Shown: positions 37,709 through 51,306 of the stretch, piece after piece
Numbering within the stretch: position 1 is the stretch's first letter
Layout: the number at the start of each line of letters is the position of its first letter
Assembly: GCF_006345805.1 (NCBI RefSeq)
Contig: NC_043010.1
Span: 18,786,001-18,850,000 of the forward strand
Origin: Octopus sinensis
Taxonomy: Eukaryota
Direction: 5' to 3'
DNA length: 64,000 nucleotides
Position numbers and translations under genes: made by a program
The notes under the pieces: model-generated
Databases searched by the model: none
Seen by the model: the letters and a program-made list of their open reading frames with translations, nothing else
What the model was told of the DNA's origin: nothing

Positions 37709-37859
37709 GTGCAGGGATTGGAAGTTTAAAAGGTTTACCAAAAGACAAGTTCCGGTTAAGTCTTGCCACAATGTATCCTAAACAACAGTGGGAACAGCAA
37801 TGCCTGGAAGCGGTCTTTGATCTCATCAATGGAGACTCAACTCTGAAGGAGGAACCAAG
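37709..37859 (+). CDS. KNDC1: Exon 11
   Basis: SAGIGSLKGLPKDKFRLSLATMYPKQQWEQQCLEAVFDLINGD; donor AAG|GTAAGT; phase 1 to 2. Confidence 0.83.
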
Positions 37860-38704
37860 GTAAGTAATGGACGAACAAGAGAGAACAAAGTCTGCGTGTG
37901 AACATAGCCTTCAGGCACCTTTACATATATATTATCATATATGATATATATATTATATATACTGGAGGCGCAATGGCCCAGTGGTTAGGACAGCGGACTC
38001 GCGGTTTCGATTCCCAGACCAGGTGTTGTGAGTGTTTATTGAGCGAAAACACCTAAAGCTCCACAAGGCTCCAGCAAGGAGTGGCAGCGATCCCTGCTGT
38101 ACTCTTTTGCCACAACTTTCTCTCACTCTTTCTTCTGTAGGCCTGCTCGCTTAGCCAGTGGGGTGGTGTCATTTGAAGGCTAAAACAATGTGAAGTGCAT
38201 TGTGACCATCGATGTGTAGCAACATCTGATAGCCTGGTCGGTCATGGTGATCACGGTGATATTATATATACACCCCACCAGATACACAAACACACATACA
38301 CAAATATACAATGAAAATGAAACAAGCACTGATTAATAAATTAATAGCAGTTATTCTAACAAAGTAAAAGACCGAATCATAGAACAATACAAACATTGGT
38401 TATACTTTTTCAAAATGCATAAATGTCTTACTAATTGTAATGCTTGAGTAAAGTACATAATTAAGGCTTTTGTACAAAATAAAATTTTTAAAAATGATTT
38501 AAAAGATAAAAACCAACTTGGTTTTCACTGGTTTAAATTCAGATCATGTAAAATTTTAAAACTCAAATAGATTTACCCAATAAACCCTCTACACCTTAAG
38601 GTTAATTTTAATCCAACATCAAGGTCACAAAATACATCACAGAAAACTCTAAAATGAGTTTTCCCATGGACCCCTTTTAATATGAATATCTTTACAAATA
38701 TATA

Positions 38705-38939
38705 CAGGGTTGGCCAAAGGTCAGCCGACTGTAAATCAAAATTCCATAAATACTCTCTGTAATTCTGTATTGACTTGAATGGAAAAATGTGTCGCTCAAG
38801 AAGGACTTCAGTTTGAACAGTTCTCATGATGTATCATTTTTCGATGCTTTTATTAATATTCATTCAGTTGTTAAACATAAATAAATCTTGGAATTAAATG
38901 GTTTTGATTTACTGTCAGGTGACTTTTGGCCAACCCTCT
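38705..38939. mobile_element. Tc1/mariner-type MITE
   Basis: TIRs cagggttggccaaaggtcagccgactgtaaatcaaaa / ttttgatttactgtcaggtgacttttggccaaccct, flanked by TA. Confidence 0.75.
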
Positions 38940-38950
38940 ATGTATGTGTG

Positions 38951-38982
<32 letters not shown>

Positions 38983-38987
38983 ATATA

Positions 38988-39026
<39 letters not shown>

Positions 39027-39065
39027 ATATATATATCTATCTATCTATATATATATCTATATCTA

Positions 39066-39099
<34 letters not shown>

Positions 39100-39108
39100 A
39101 TATATATA

Positions 39109-39151
<43 letters not shown>

Positions 39152-39169
39152 ATATATATATCTATATCT

Positions 39170-39232
<63 letters not shown>

Positions 39233-39648
39233 CATACCTTTGTGGACCACCAGGGATCAACAGACCCCAGGTTGGGAACCTCTGCTCTAAACAATCACCA
39301 ATAATATTTATTACCAAAAATACAGAAATTATAAACGTTTTTATTAACAAAAAAACTACAAATTTGTAAATAGATGAAAAAGTTGATTTGATAGCAAAAA
39401 TAAAAGTTGTATTGGCCATACGAATATAAGCTGCTGTGCGTGTGTGTGTGTGCATGTGTGTTTGTGTTTTGTTCATGTATGTGTATCTGTATATGTGTAT
39501 ATGCATGTGTACATATGTGCTTCTTTGTATGTGCGCATGTGTGTGTGTATATCTATGTATGTGTGTGTGTATATGTATGTGTATGTGTGAGTGTATATGT
39601 AAAATTGAAATATGTATGAATAATCAAAGTGTATGTTCTTCTATCCAG

Positions 39649-40984
39649 GTGGAATGACACATCCCAGCAAGCGTACCAGGAATCGTCTGGAGAGTGGCAT
39701 CTATTTGATAGTCTTGAAATGGCCAGCCACCAAACACAGAGAAATTTTTATGCTGATTCATCAAACAAAGACCATAAGATGGAACCTCAACCAAAAGTGA
39801 CAAAATCCACACAAAACATCTCCTTGGAATCTGTCGAGCAACATAGGAATCTGTCAGGTGAAAACTGTGAACATTTTACGGATATAAGTATTCTCAAGAA
39901 TTTTGCTTATGATGAAGACGTCTGTTGTGACCAGGGTGAAGTTGTATACCTGAGATCAGATCCTGTAAATATGAAGGCTTTTCAGAAGCAGGAACTGGTT
40001 GAGAACCCTGAAAAGATTTTGCAATACGGGTTGAAGGGGGAAACATCAATGAGTTATGGTAATGATGATGATGATGATGACAATGGTGATGGTGGTGATG
40101 ATGGTGGAGGTGGAGGTAGTGCTGGTGGTGGTCTAGATGGTGTTAAGAGAAATTTTGGAGAAGATGGTCCCAAAGGTATGTTCCAGCCTGATCCTTTTCA
40201 CACCAGAAAGTTTGATAATTCTGGACCAACAGGAGATATTCAATATATACAAGGTCTAATGGAGACTTCAGACAGGTGCTTGGATCAAGGAATGGATTAT
40301 ACCAATCCAGAAAACCAAGGATCAGAAGAAGAAATTGAAGATGACTTAAGTTACAAACTTTACATCAGGGATAACTTTTTAGAAAGATCTCAATCCAGTG
40401 GCTGTTCCTTTGGGAAACATGAATTTCAAGAGATCCTCTTGTCTGACACCTCTCAGGAAGACAAGAAAGAGATAGAAACAATCCTTGAATCTGGTGCCAG
40501 TACCAAAAACGTCGAAGACACAGCAGAAGGAGTTGATATCCAGAAATTCATGCTCCCAGAAGGATCTATTGAAGATATACCACAACAATATAAGCTTGAT
40601 GTTGGAGGTTCTAACTGCAGTAAAGAAGTGAACAGGAGTGATGAGTCAAAGACATCAGAGCAGAGAAGAACAGTTCCACCAAATGAATATCAACCCAGAA
40701 AAGATTGGAAAGTGGACCAATGTTTGTTAGATGGAAATGTAAAAACCGTAGAGACAATGACGCAAGATGATGACAATCTGCAATGTTCTGGGAATGTCTT
40801 GGAGACAACAAATCTACCAGCAAAAGAATCGCAGGGTTGTACAGAGTATTACAGACCTATCACAAGAAATCGGTGGTCTGTGCTGAAGGACTATGCTGAA
40901 AGTGACAGCAGAGTTATTTACCATTCTGCAGACTTGATGAATTTCTCAAACAACATGGAAGTCAAACAATTCCTGAATGATATT
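39649..40984 (+). CDS. KNDC1: Exon 12 (1336 nt linker)
   Basis: tcCAG|GTGG ... ATT|GTATGT; phase 2 to 0. Confidence 0.83.
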
Positions 40985-41660
40985 GTATGTTGATTTTTAC
41001 TTTTTGATTTTTTAATATGTTTTATTATTTTTTAAAATTTTGTTTTTGTTTTATAAATCATTCTAATTTTTATTGCTTGTGGTGACACCTTCAGGTTGTA
41101 GAACACCAGAAACTATCTTCCAGTCAGCACAACTTGGTACAAGCACATCTGTGTCATAAGCAAGCTTGCTGCGTTATCAATAGTTTCAAGTTTGATCCCA
41201 CCTTGGGGCACCTTAGATTTTCTACCTACATAGTATGAATCAACCTAAGTTCTGTAAAGTAAATATAGGTTGATGGAAACCGTATGGAAGCCTGTTTGGT
41301 GGCCTGTATTTATTGCCCAGTTGTATACTTAATCTATGATCCAGTTAAACACACTCACTGACCCTTGGGTTGCTCTTATTAAAGTTCACACTGTTATAAG
41401 CTCTGGGATCAAATATTTAATGTTGATGACACTGTAGACTGGCTGCCCTTCCCTTTTAACCTTTTTGTAAATCATAAAAATACAACTTTGTCTTCTTACT
41501 TTGATATTCAAACATTCAAACCCTCTACTTTTCATGTCCCCAGGGGTTGATAAAATAAACTGACAGTCATGCACTGGGATTGATTGCATCATGGCAATTT
41601 TATCATATTCTTGTGTAAAATCTCCTTCAGCAAAATTCACCCTTCTAAAAGCATCTCAAT

Positions 41661-44600
41661 CAGGCCCACAAGTTGCTCTGTCCACCAGGCCCACAAGTTG
41701 CACTGTCCATCAGGCCCACAAGTTGCGCTGTCCATCAGGCCCACAAGTTGCACTGTCCATCAGGCCCACAAGTTGCACTGTCCATCAGGCCCACAAGTTG
41801 TGCTGTCCATCAGGCCCACAAGTTGCACTGTCCATCAGGCCCACAAGTTGCGCTGTCCATCAGGCCCACAAGTTGTGCTGTCCATCAGGCCCACAAGTTG
41901 CACTGTCCATCAGGCCCACAAGTTGCTCTGTCCATCAGGCCCCCAAGTTGCACTGTCCATCAGGCCCACAAGTTGCACTGTCCATCAGGCCCACAAGTTG
42001 CGCTGTCCATCAGGCCCACAAGTTGCACTGTCCATCAGGCCCACAAGTTGCACTGTCCATCAGGCCCCCAAGTTGCACTGTCCATCAGGCCCACAAGTTG
42101 CACTGTCCATCAGGCCCACAAGTTGCACTGTCCATCAGGCCCACAAGTTGCGCTGTCCATCAGGCCCCCAAGTTGCACTGTCCATCAGGCCCCCAAGTTG
42201 CACTGTCCATCAGGCCCACAAGTTACTCTGTCCATCAGGCCCACAAGTTGCGCTGTCCATCAGGCCCACAAGTTGCACTGTCCATCAGGCCCACAAGTTG
42301 CGCTGTCCATCAGGCCCACAAGTTGCACTGTCCATCAGGCCCACAAGTTGCGCTGTCCATCAGGCCCACAAGTTGCTCTGTCCATCAGGCCCACAAGTTG
42401 CACTGTCCATCAGGCCCACAAGTTGCGCTGTCCATCAGGCCCACAAGTTGCTCTGTCCATCAGGCCCACAAGTTGCACTGTCCATCAGGCCCACAAGTTG
42501 TGCTGTCCATCAGGCCCACAAGTTGCACTGTCCATCAGGCCCACAAGTTGTGCTGTCCATCAGGCCCACAAGTTGCTCTGTCCATCAGGCCCCCAAGTTG
42601 CACTGTCCATCAGGCCCACAAGTTGCACTGTCCATCAGGCCCACAAGTTGCACTGTCCATCAGGCCCACAAGTTGCACTGTCCATCAGGCCCACAAGTTG
42701 CGCTGTCCATCAGGCCCCCAAGTTACTCTGTCCATCAGGCCCACAAGTTGCACTGTCCATCAGGCCCACAAGTTGCACTGTCCATCAGGCCCACAAGTTG
42801 CACTGTCCATCAGGCCCACAAGTTGCGCTGTCCATCAGGCCCACAAGTTGCACTGTCCATCAGGCCCACAAGTTGCTCTGTCCATCAGGCCCCCAAGTTG
42901 CACTGTCCATCAGGCCCACAAGTTGCACTGTCCATCAGGCCCACAAGTTGCACTGTCCATCAGGCCCACAAGTTGTGCTGTCCATCAGGCCCACAAGTTG
43001 CACTGTCCATCAGGCCCACAAGTTGCACTGTCCATCAGGCCCACAAGTTGCACTGTCCATCAGGCCCACAAGTTGCGCTGTCCATCAGGCCCACAAGTTG
43101 CACTGTCCATCAGGCCCACAAGTTGCTCTGTCCATCAGGCCCCCAAGTTGCACTGTCCATCAGGCCCACAAGTTGCACTGTCCATCAGGCCCACAAGTTG
43201 CACTGTCCATCAGGCCCACAAGTTGTGCTGTCCATCATGCCCACAAGTTGCACTGTCCATCAGGCCCACAAGTTGCGCTGTCCATCAGGCCCACAAGTTG
43301 CTCTGTCCATCAGGCCCCCAAGTTGCACTGTCCATCAGGCCCACAAGTTGCACTGTCCATCAGGCCCACAAGTTGCACTGTCCATCAGGCCCACAAGTTG
43401 CACTGTCCATCAGGCCCACAAGTTGCGCTGTCCATCAGGCCCCCAAGTTACTCTGTCCATCAGGCCCACAAGTTGCACTGTCCATCAGGCCACAAGTTAC
43501 ACTGTCCATCAGGCCCACAAGTTGCACTGTCCATCAGGCCCACAAGTTACACTGTCCATCAGGCCCACAAGTTGCACTGTCCATCAGGCCCACAGTTACA
43601 CTGTCATCAGGCCACAAGTTGCACTGTCCATCAGGCCCACAAGTTGCACTGTCCATCAGGCCCACAAGTTACACTGTCCATCAGGCCCACAAGTTGCACT
43701 GTCCATCAGGCCCACAAGTTGCACTGTCCATCTGGCCCACAAGTGCACTGTCCATCAGGCCCCCAAGTTACACTGTCCATCAGGCCCACAAGTTGCACTG
43801 TCCATCAGGCCCACAAGTTACACTGTCCATCAGGCCCACAAGTTGCACTGTCCATCAGACCCACAAGTTGCACTGTCCATCAGGCCCACAAGTTACACTG
43901 TCCATCAGGCCCACAAGTTGCACTGTCCATCAGGCCCACAAGTTACACTGTCCATCAGGCCCCCAAGTTGCAACTGTCCATCTGGCCCACAAGTTGCGCT
44001 GTCCATCAGGCCCACAAGTTGTGCTGTCCATCAGGCCCACAAGTTGCACTGTCCATCAGGCCCACAAGTTACACTGTCCATCAGGCCCACAAGTTGCACT
44101 GTCCATCAGGCCCACAAGTTGCACTGTCCATCAGGCCCACAAGTTGCCTGTCCATCAGGCCCACAATTTGCACTGTCCATCAGGCCCCCAAGTTACTCTG
44201 TCCATCAGGCCCACAAGTTGTGCTGTCCATCAGGCCCACAAGTTGCACTGTCCATCAGGCCCACAAGTTGCACTGTCCATCAGGCCCACAAGTTACACTG
44301 TCCATCAGGCCCACAAGTTGTGCTGTCCATCAGGCCCACAAGTTGCACACTGTCCATCAGGCCCACAAGTTGCACTGTCCATCAGGCCCACAAGTTACTC
44401 TGTCCATCAGGCCCACAAGTTGTGCTGTCCATCAGGCCCACAAGTTGCACTGTCCATCAGGCCCACAAGTTGCACTGTCCATCAGGCCCACAAGTTACAC
44501 TGTCCATCAGGCCCACAAGTTGCACTGTCCATCAGGCCCACAAGTTGCACTGTCCATCAGGCCCACAAGTTGCACTGTCCATCAGGCCCACAAGTTGCAC

Positions 44601-46935
44601 TGTCCATCAGGCCCACAAGTTACACTGTCCATCAGGCCCACAAGTTGCACTGTCCATCAGGCCCACAAGTTGCACTGTCCATCAGGCCCACAAGTTACAC
44701 TGTCCATCAGGCCCACAAGTTGTGCTGTCCATCAGGCCCACAAGTTGCACTGTCCATCAGGCCCACAAGTTGCACTGTCCATCAGGCCCACAAGTTACTC
44801 TGTCCATCAGGCCCACAAGTTGTGCTGTCCATCAGGCCCACAAGTTGCACTGTCCATCAGGCCCACAAGTTGCACTGTCCATCAGGCCCACAAGTTACAC
44901 TGTCCATCAGGCCCACAAGTTGCACTGTCCATCAGGCCCACAAGTTGCACTGTCCATCAGGCCCACAAGTTACACTGTCCATCAGGCCCACAAGTTGTGC
45001 TGTCCATCAGGCCCACAAGTTGTGCTGTCCATCAGGCCCACAAGTTACACTGTCCATCAGGCCCACAAGTTGCACTGTCCATCAGGCCCACAAGTTGCAC
45101 TGTCCATCAGGCCCACAAGTTACTCTGTCCATCAGGCCCACAAGTTGCACTGTCCATCAGGCCCACAAGTTGCGCTGTCCATCAGGCCCACAAGTTGTGC
45201 TGTCCATCAGGCCCACAAGTTGCACTGTCCATCAGGCCCACAAGTTACACTGTCCATCAGGCCCACAAGTTGCACTGTCCATCAGGCCCACAAGTTGCAC
45301 TGTCCATCAGGCCCACAAGTTGCACTGTCCATCAGGCCCACAAGTTGCACTGTCCATCTGGCCCACAAGTTGCACTGTCCATCAGGCCCCCAAGTTACTC
45401 TGTCCATCAGGCCCACAAGTTGTGCTGTCCATCAGGCCCCCAAGTTACTCTGTCCATCAGGCCCACAAGTTGTGCTGTCCATCAGGCCCACAAGTTGCAC
45501 TGTCCATCAGGCCCACAAGTTGCACTGTCCATCAGGCCCACAAGTTACACTGTCCATCAGGCCCACAAGTTGCACTGTCCATCAGGCCCACAAGTTGCAC
45601 TGTCCATCAGGCCCACAAGTTACACTGTCAATCAGGCCCACAAGTTGCACTGTCCATCAGGCCCACAAGTTGCACTGTCCATCAGGCCCACAAGTTGCAC
45701 TGTCCATCAGGCCCACAAGTTACACTGTCCATCAGGCCCACAAGTTGCACTGTCCATCAGGCCCACAAGTTGCACTGTCCATCAGGCCCACAAGTTACAC
45801 TGTCAATCAGGCCCACAAGTTGCACTGTCCATCAGGCCCACAAGTTGCACTGTCCATCAGGCCCACAAGTTGCGCTGTCCATCAGGCCCCCAAGTTACTC
45901 TGTCCATCAGGCCCACAAGTTGTGCTGTCCATCAGGCCCACAAGTTGCACTGTCCATCAGGCCCACAAGTTACACTGTCCATCAGGCCCACAAGTTGCAC
46001 TGTCCATCAGGCCCACAAGTTACACTGTCCATCAGGCCCACAAGTTGCACTGTCCATCAGGCCCACAAGTTGCACTGTCCATCAGGCCCACAAGTTGCAC
46101 TGTCCATCAGGCCCACAAGTTGCACTGTCCATCAGGCCCACAAGTTACACTGTCCATCAGGCCCACAAGTTGCACTGTCCATCAGGCCCACAAGTTGCAC
46201 TGTCCATCTGGCCCACAAGTTGCACTGTCCATCTGGCCCACAAGTTGCACTGTCCATCAGGCCCACAAGTTGCACTGTCCATCAGGCCCACAAGTTGCGC
46301 TGTCCATCAGGCCCCCAAGTTACTCTGTCCATCAGGCCCACAAGTTGTGCTGTCCATCAGGCCCACAAGTTGCACTGTCCATCAGGCCCACAAGTTGCAC
46401 TGTCCATCAGGCCCACAAGTTACACTGTCCATCAGGCCCACAAGTTGCACTGTCCATCAGGCCCACAAGTTGCACTGTCCATCTGGCCCACAAGTTGCAC
46501 TGTCCATCTGGCCCACAAGTTACACTGTCCATCAGGCCCACAAGTTGCACTGTCCATCAGGCCCACAAGTTGCACTGTCCATCTGGCCCACAAGTTGCAC
46601 TGTCCATCAGGCCCACAAGTTGCACTGTCCATCAGGCCCACAAGTTGCACTGTCCATCAGGCCCACAAGTTGCACTGTCCATCTGGCCCACAAGTTGCAC
46701 TGTCCATCTGGCCCACAAGTTGCGCTGTCCATCAGGCCCACAAGTTGTGCTGTCCATCAGGCCCCCAAGTTACTCTGTCCATCAGGCCCACAAGTTGCAC
46801 TGTCCATCTGGCCCACAAGTTGCGCTGTCCATCAGGCCCACAAGTTGTGCTGTCCATCAGGCCCACAAGTTGCACTGTCCATCAGGCCCACAAGTTGCAC
46901 TGTCCATCAGGCCCACAAGTTGCACTGTCCATCAG
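41661..46935. repeat. 25-bp satellite array, ~210 copies (CAGGCCCACAAGTTGCACTGTCCAT)
   Basis: Direct tandem array inside intron 12. The 25-aa periodicity in all three plus frames equals 3 units. Confidence 0.98.
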
Positions 46936-47042
46936 TTGGGTTTCAGGTTAGAAGTTAATGTTAGGATCAAGGTTAGATTTAAAGTTAAGGTGAAGGCTAT
47001 ATGATATCTGCAGTTGATCCATGTCTGTTTTTTTCATTGAAG

Positions 47043-47175
47043 GACAAATCTGATGCCAAGTCTTGGAAGACCAAATTGTCAACCGCTCAACAACAGGTGA
47101 TGCTGAAAAGTAAGGAACAGCAGAAGATGTGCAGATTTTACCTCAAAATCAAGACAAAGGCTGCATGGAGTAAAA
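47043..47175 (+). CDS. KNDC1: Exon 13 (coiled-coil-like)
   Basis: DKSDAKSWKTKLSTAQQQVMLKSKEQQKMCRFYLKIK; phase 0 to 1; the donor could be at 47169 or 47175. Confidence 0.7.
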
Positions 47176-47343
47176 GTAAACTTCAGTTTATTATAATAAC
47201 ATTTCTTTGAGATGTTTAGTAGTGGTTTTGGGATATTCTAAGTGTTATGTGCAGGCGATTTGTTGAAGGCTTGTGATGTGATATACATACATACATAAAT
47301 ACATACATACATATACACATACATACATACATACATACATACA

Positions 47344-47377
<34 letters not shown>

Positions 47378-47528
47378 CATACATACATACATACATACAT
47401 ACATACATACATACATACGCACATACATACATACATACATGCATGCATAGATACATACATACGCACATACATACATACAACATACATACATATACATACA
47501 TACATACATACATACATAAATACATACA

Positions 47529-47560
<32 letters not shown>

Positions 47561-47834
47561 CATACATACATACTACATACATACATATACATACATACAT
47601 ACATATATACATACATACATACATACATACATACATACATACATACATACGCACATACATACATACATACATGCATGCATAGATACATACATACGCACAT
47701 ACATACATACATACATACATACATACATACATACATACATACATAAATACATACATACATACATACATACATACATACATACATACATACATACATAAAT
47801 ACATGCATACATACATACATACATACATACATAA

Positions 47835-47883
<49 letters not shown>

Positions 47884-47887
47884 CACT

Positions 47888-48123
47888 TATAAAAGGAATG
47901 ACCACTTAGTGGACTCCTAATATGCTAAAGGTAGACCCCATATGGTCTGACCACTAAGAAAAATTGTTCTCAAGAAAATTTGGCAAATGCCAGAATGTAA
48001 AGTGAGCAAGACAAATAAAAAGATACAAAATATAGTGATTAGAACAATTTTTCTTAGTGGTCAGACCATATTGACTTTACCTTTAGCATATTAGAAGTCC
48101 ACCTAGTGGTCATTCCTCTTATA
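47888..48123. mobile_element. Fold-back/MITE with ~80-bp inverted arms
   Basis: 47888-47969 vs 48042-48123, TA-flanked; a partial copy lies at 49103-49160. Confidence 0.75.
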
Positions 48124-48232
48124 TGTATGTAATATAATTTTCTGAATCTTTAGATTTTTTTCAATATGCTAGGACACTGGTTTAAATTGATATTAATCTA
48201 ATTAATATCAATTTTTACCTTATTATATATAT

Positions 48233-48960
48233 ACTAGCAGCATAGCCCGGCGTTGCCCGGGTATGTAAGAGCCCCTATTAGGCAACGACTAAACCCAATC
48301 TAGTCCTTTCCCTCTAGGGAAAGAAGGCGCATATGTAGGTTGCAATGTCTTCTCTTCACTCCCAAATAACTATCAAACAGCTATCGATAATTCAACCCAA
48401 CCAATTCCTACCAGGAAGAAATTACATTCGAGACTTTACCCCCAACTTATACTAATAGCTGCTGCAGCCGCAAGTTATTCGAATACTTTGTTTGTTTAAA
48501 CTTTCTTTATAACTACCACCCCAAACGTTTTACCTTCAATTTTTGATGTGCCCTAAGGGTCCTCGGACGCTACTTGCAAACTCTTGGTTTATTATAAACC
48601 GCTTTTGTCGTGTGCACCAAAAAACCTTTTCCATTCGTTTATTCAGTTTGGTCACTTTTGACTTTTTCGTTGTTGTCACTCAAATTGCTGCCCGCTTTTT
48701 GCCGTTTTTGTACATTTTTATACATTTTGATGTTGCATATAAAAAGCTTAGATTCTTGACCCCATGTCGAATTTATCAATTTTTTTCAGAACTGGGGGAA
48801 CTTTTCAAAATTTTCGCTGCGTTAGTTTTGAATTATGACATTGGGCTATGTGTGTGTCAAGTTTCATCAGAATCGGTTGAAAGCCGTGGTCAGGGTGAGG
48901 GTACAACCTGACAGACACACAGACACACAGACAGACAAACTGCCGTTTATATATAGAGAG
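48233..48960 (+). mobile_element. Non-autonomous Helentron-associated (HINE/DINE-1-like) element
   Basis: Starts ACTAGC..CCCGGCGTTGCCCGGG and ends with aagtttcatcagaatcggttg, a (GACA)-like microsatellite and tttatatatagag. This is the typical layout of such elements. Confidence 0.7.
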
Positions 48961-48990
48961 ATATATACTTACACATAAGAGACCAAAGTG

Positions 48991-49081
<91 letters not shown>

Positions 49082-49582
49082 CATATATGCATACATATAT
49101 ATATAAGAGGACACCTAATATGCTAAATGTAGAACCCATATGGTCTGACCACTAAGAGAAAAAATTTTCAATATGCTAGGCCAGTGGTTTAAATTGATAT
49201 TAATTAAATTAATATCAATTTTTAACCCTTATTATTTAAATTCATATTTGTGTGTGTGTGGAAAATTTTGGGGAATTATTTATTCACCATTACACATGTT
49301 TCATTTCCCAATAGGAATTACAAAATTGTACATGTTGGAGAAACATGTAAGATATCTCCTATTAGAAATTCTTCAGGTAGAGAATCAAATATGTGTGTCC
49401 GAATAAGGTGATATTATCCTCCATGGTACCTATGGTAACTACTTACAGCTAGATAGACTGAACCAAGGAGAATTAAATGTCTCAAGAATTATGAATAGTT
49501 CAGTGCTGCAGCCAGGATTAGAGCCTCAGTTCATTTCATCAATAGGCTGCCTCCATATACTAAGGGAGTTTTAATTCCTAAG

Positions 49583-49785
49583 AGGTGCAGGCATAGCTGT
49601 TTGGTAAGAAATTTGGTTCCAGGTTCAGTCCCACTGTCTGACACCTTGGGCAAATGTCTATTACTATGGTGCTGGAATTACCGAAACCTTGTGAGTGGAT
49701 TTGGTAGATGGAAACTGAAAGAAGCCTGTCATGTATATGTGTGTGCATGTGTGTGAGTATGTATGTGTGTGTATGTGTGTGTGTA

Positions 49786-49816
<31 letters not shown>

Positions 49817-50020
49817 TTGTCCCTTGCCACTGGTTGATCACTTGACAACTGGTGTTGGTTTGTTTATATCCCCACAACTTAGTGACTCAGTAAAAGAGAT
49901 CGATAGAATGAATACCAGGCTTTAATAAAATAAGTTGTGGGGTTGATTTGCTTGACTAAAAATTCGCAAAGGCAGTGCCCCAGCATGGCCACAGTCCCAA
50001 AAACTGAAACAAGTAAAAGA
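49583..50020 (+). mobile_element. Family A SINE
   Basis: Full homologue; it ends ~50 nt upstream of the exon 14 acceptor. Confidence 0.88.
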
Positions 50021-50070
50021 AGGTAAAAGAAAACCATGTTTATGCTTCCAGAACGTTTCTTGTGTTCCAG

Positions 50071-50162
50071 GTGAATGGCAGCAGATGTCAAGAGTGTGGA
50101 ACGATCTGAAGGAGAGCAGCAACACTTTAAGCTGTTACAAGGTTTGCCGAAACCATTTAGAG
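50071..50162 (+). CDS. KNDC1: Exon 14
   Basis: SEWQQMSRVWNDLKESSNTLSCYKVCRNHLE; ttcCAG acceptor, GAG|GTGAGT donor; phase 1 to 0. Confidence 0.8.
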
Positions 50163-51306
50163 GTGAGTCTTTTACACACACACACACACACACACAACAC
50201 ACACACACACACACACATACACACACACGCACGCACAACACATAAACATGCACATAAATAATTACACACAAACACACATGTATAAATATACACCATATAC
50301 TCACACACTTTTTGATTTTCTATCTAATATGGATGAAGGCCTTGACATCACTCATGCATTTGAAGATTCAGATGGTTAATTTGTGAGTAAATGATAATTC
50401 AGTTAAAGACATAAGACATTCTATTCTACACAAGACAGACAAGATTAGAACTCAATGCTTCTGCTGCAAAGGCTCTGGACTTTTGTGGTTTCCTCTTCTG
50501 TTCAGTTTGGTTTGCTCACCAAATGTGGTGCAGTAGCCAATGCTTTGGAAGCGAAAGGAGACATAAGGGGTGATGCGACAGAAGTAAGGGAGGAAGTCAG
50601 TGGCAGACTGGGTCTAAAAATATTGGTTGCCAGGAGACTAAGGGGGCCCACCCACAGCCACAACTACTCACAACTACTAAGCTATCATTTTATTTTTTTT
50701 TGTTAAAAGTATTCTTTTCAACTGTCTTCAAAACAGCTAGGCTGAAATAATTAATGCACTCTTCCAGGAATGAATAAAAAATTCTCAAACTTGAGGGGAT
50801 AGGCCCCCTTAGATAATAACATGGGCCCCCATATATGGATTCTAATGACATAGGGGTCCACTTGCCATCAAGCAAGCTGGCAACCTGGCCAGTCTGCCAC
50901 TAGAGGAAGTGACTTCACATAATGAACAACCAGCACAAACAGACGTTTGTGAGAGGTTCTTGTGTTGTGTTCACTTCTGGCCAGGAGGTTTGGGTCAGCG
51001 AGTGTAAAGCGTCACACTACAAGTTCTAGTCAGAGTTTTTTGAGTAGTTTTTCATTTTTGATGTCGTTTTACCAACTCTAGGTAAATGTTTTTTTCCTCT
51101 TTCATATTATGCTCCTACTTAATGATAATTTTAACCATGTAGTGGCACTAAATCACATGATGGAGCTAAACCATGAAGCACATTTAAACCAATTAATATA
51201 GCTAAAACATGCAAGGGATTAAATCTACCAACCAGTTTAAAACCAATTAATTTATTGTTTTGCATATTTAATTACTTCATTAATTAACCAAGCATTTTTA
51301 ATCCAG

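Noticed and set aside
41386-41640. 84-aa minus-strand ORF beside the satellite
   Set aside because: No recognisable motif or splice signals; it may be a TE remnant but cannot be supported without a search.
41661-46935. CRISPR-like regular repeat
   Set aside because: Head-to-tail units with no unique spacers, no cas genes, and a eukaryotic intron context.
41584-47004. Three ~1800-aa ORFs (CPSGPQVALSIRPTSCTVHQAHKLH repeats)
   Set aside because: Artefact of a stop-free 25-bp satellite, open in all three plus frames and lying inside a phase-consistent intron.
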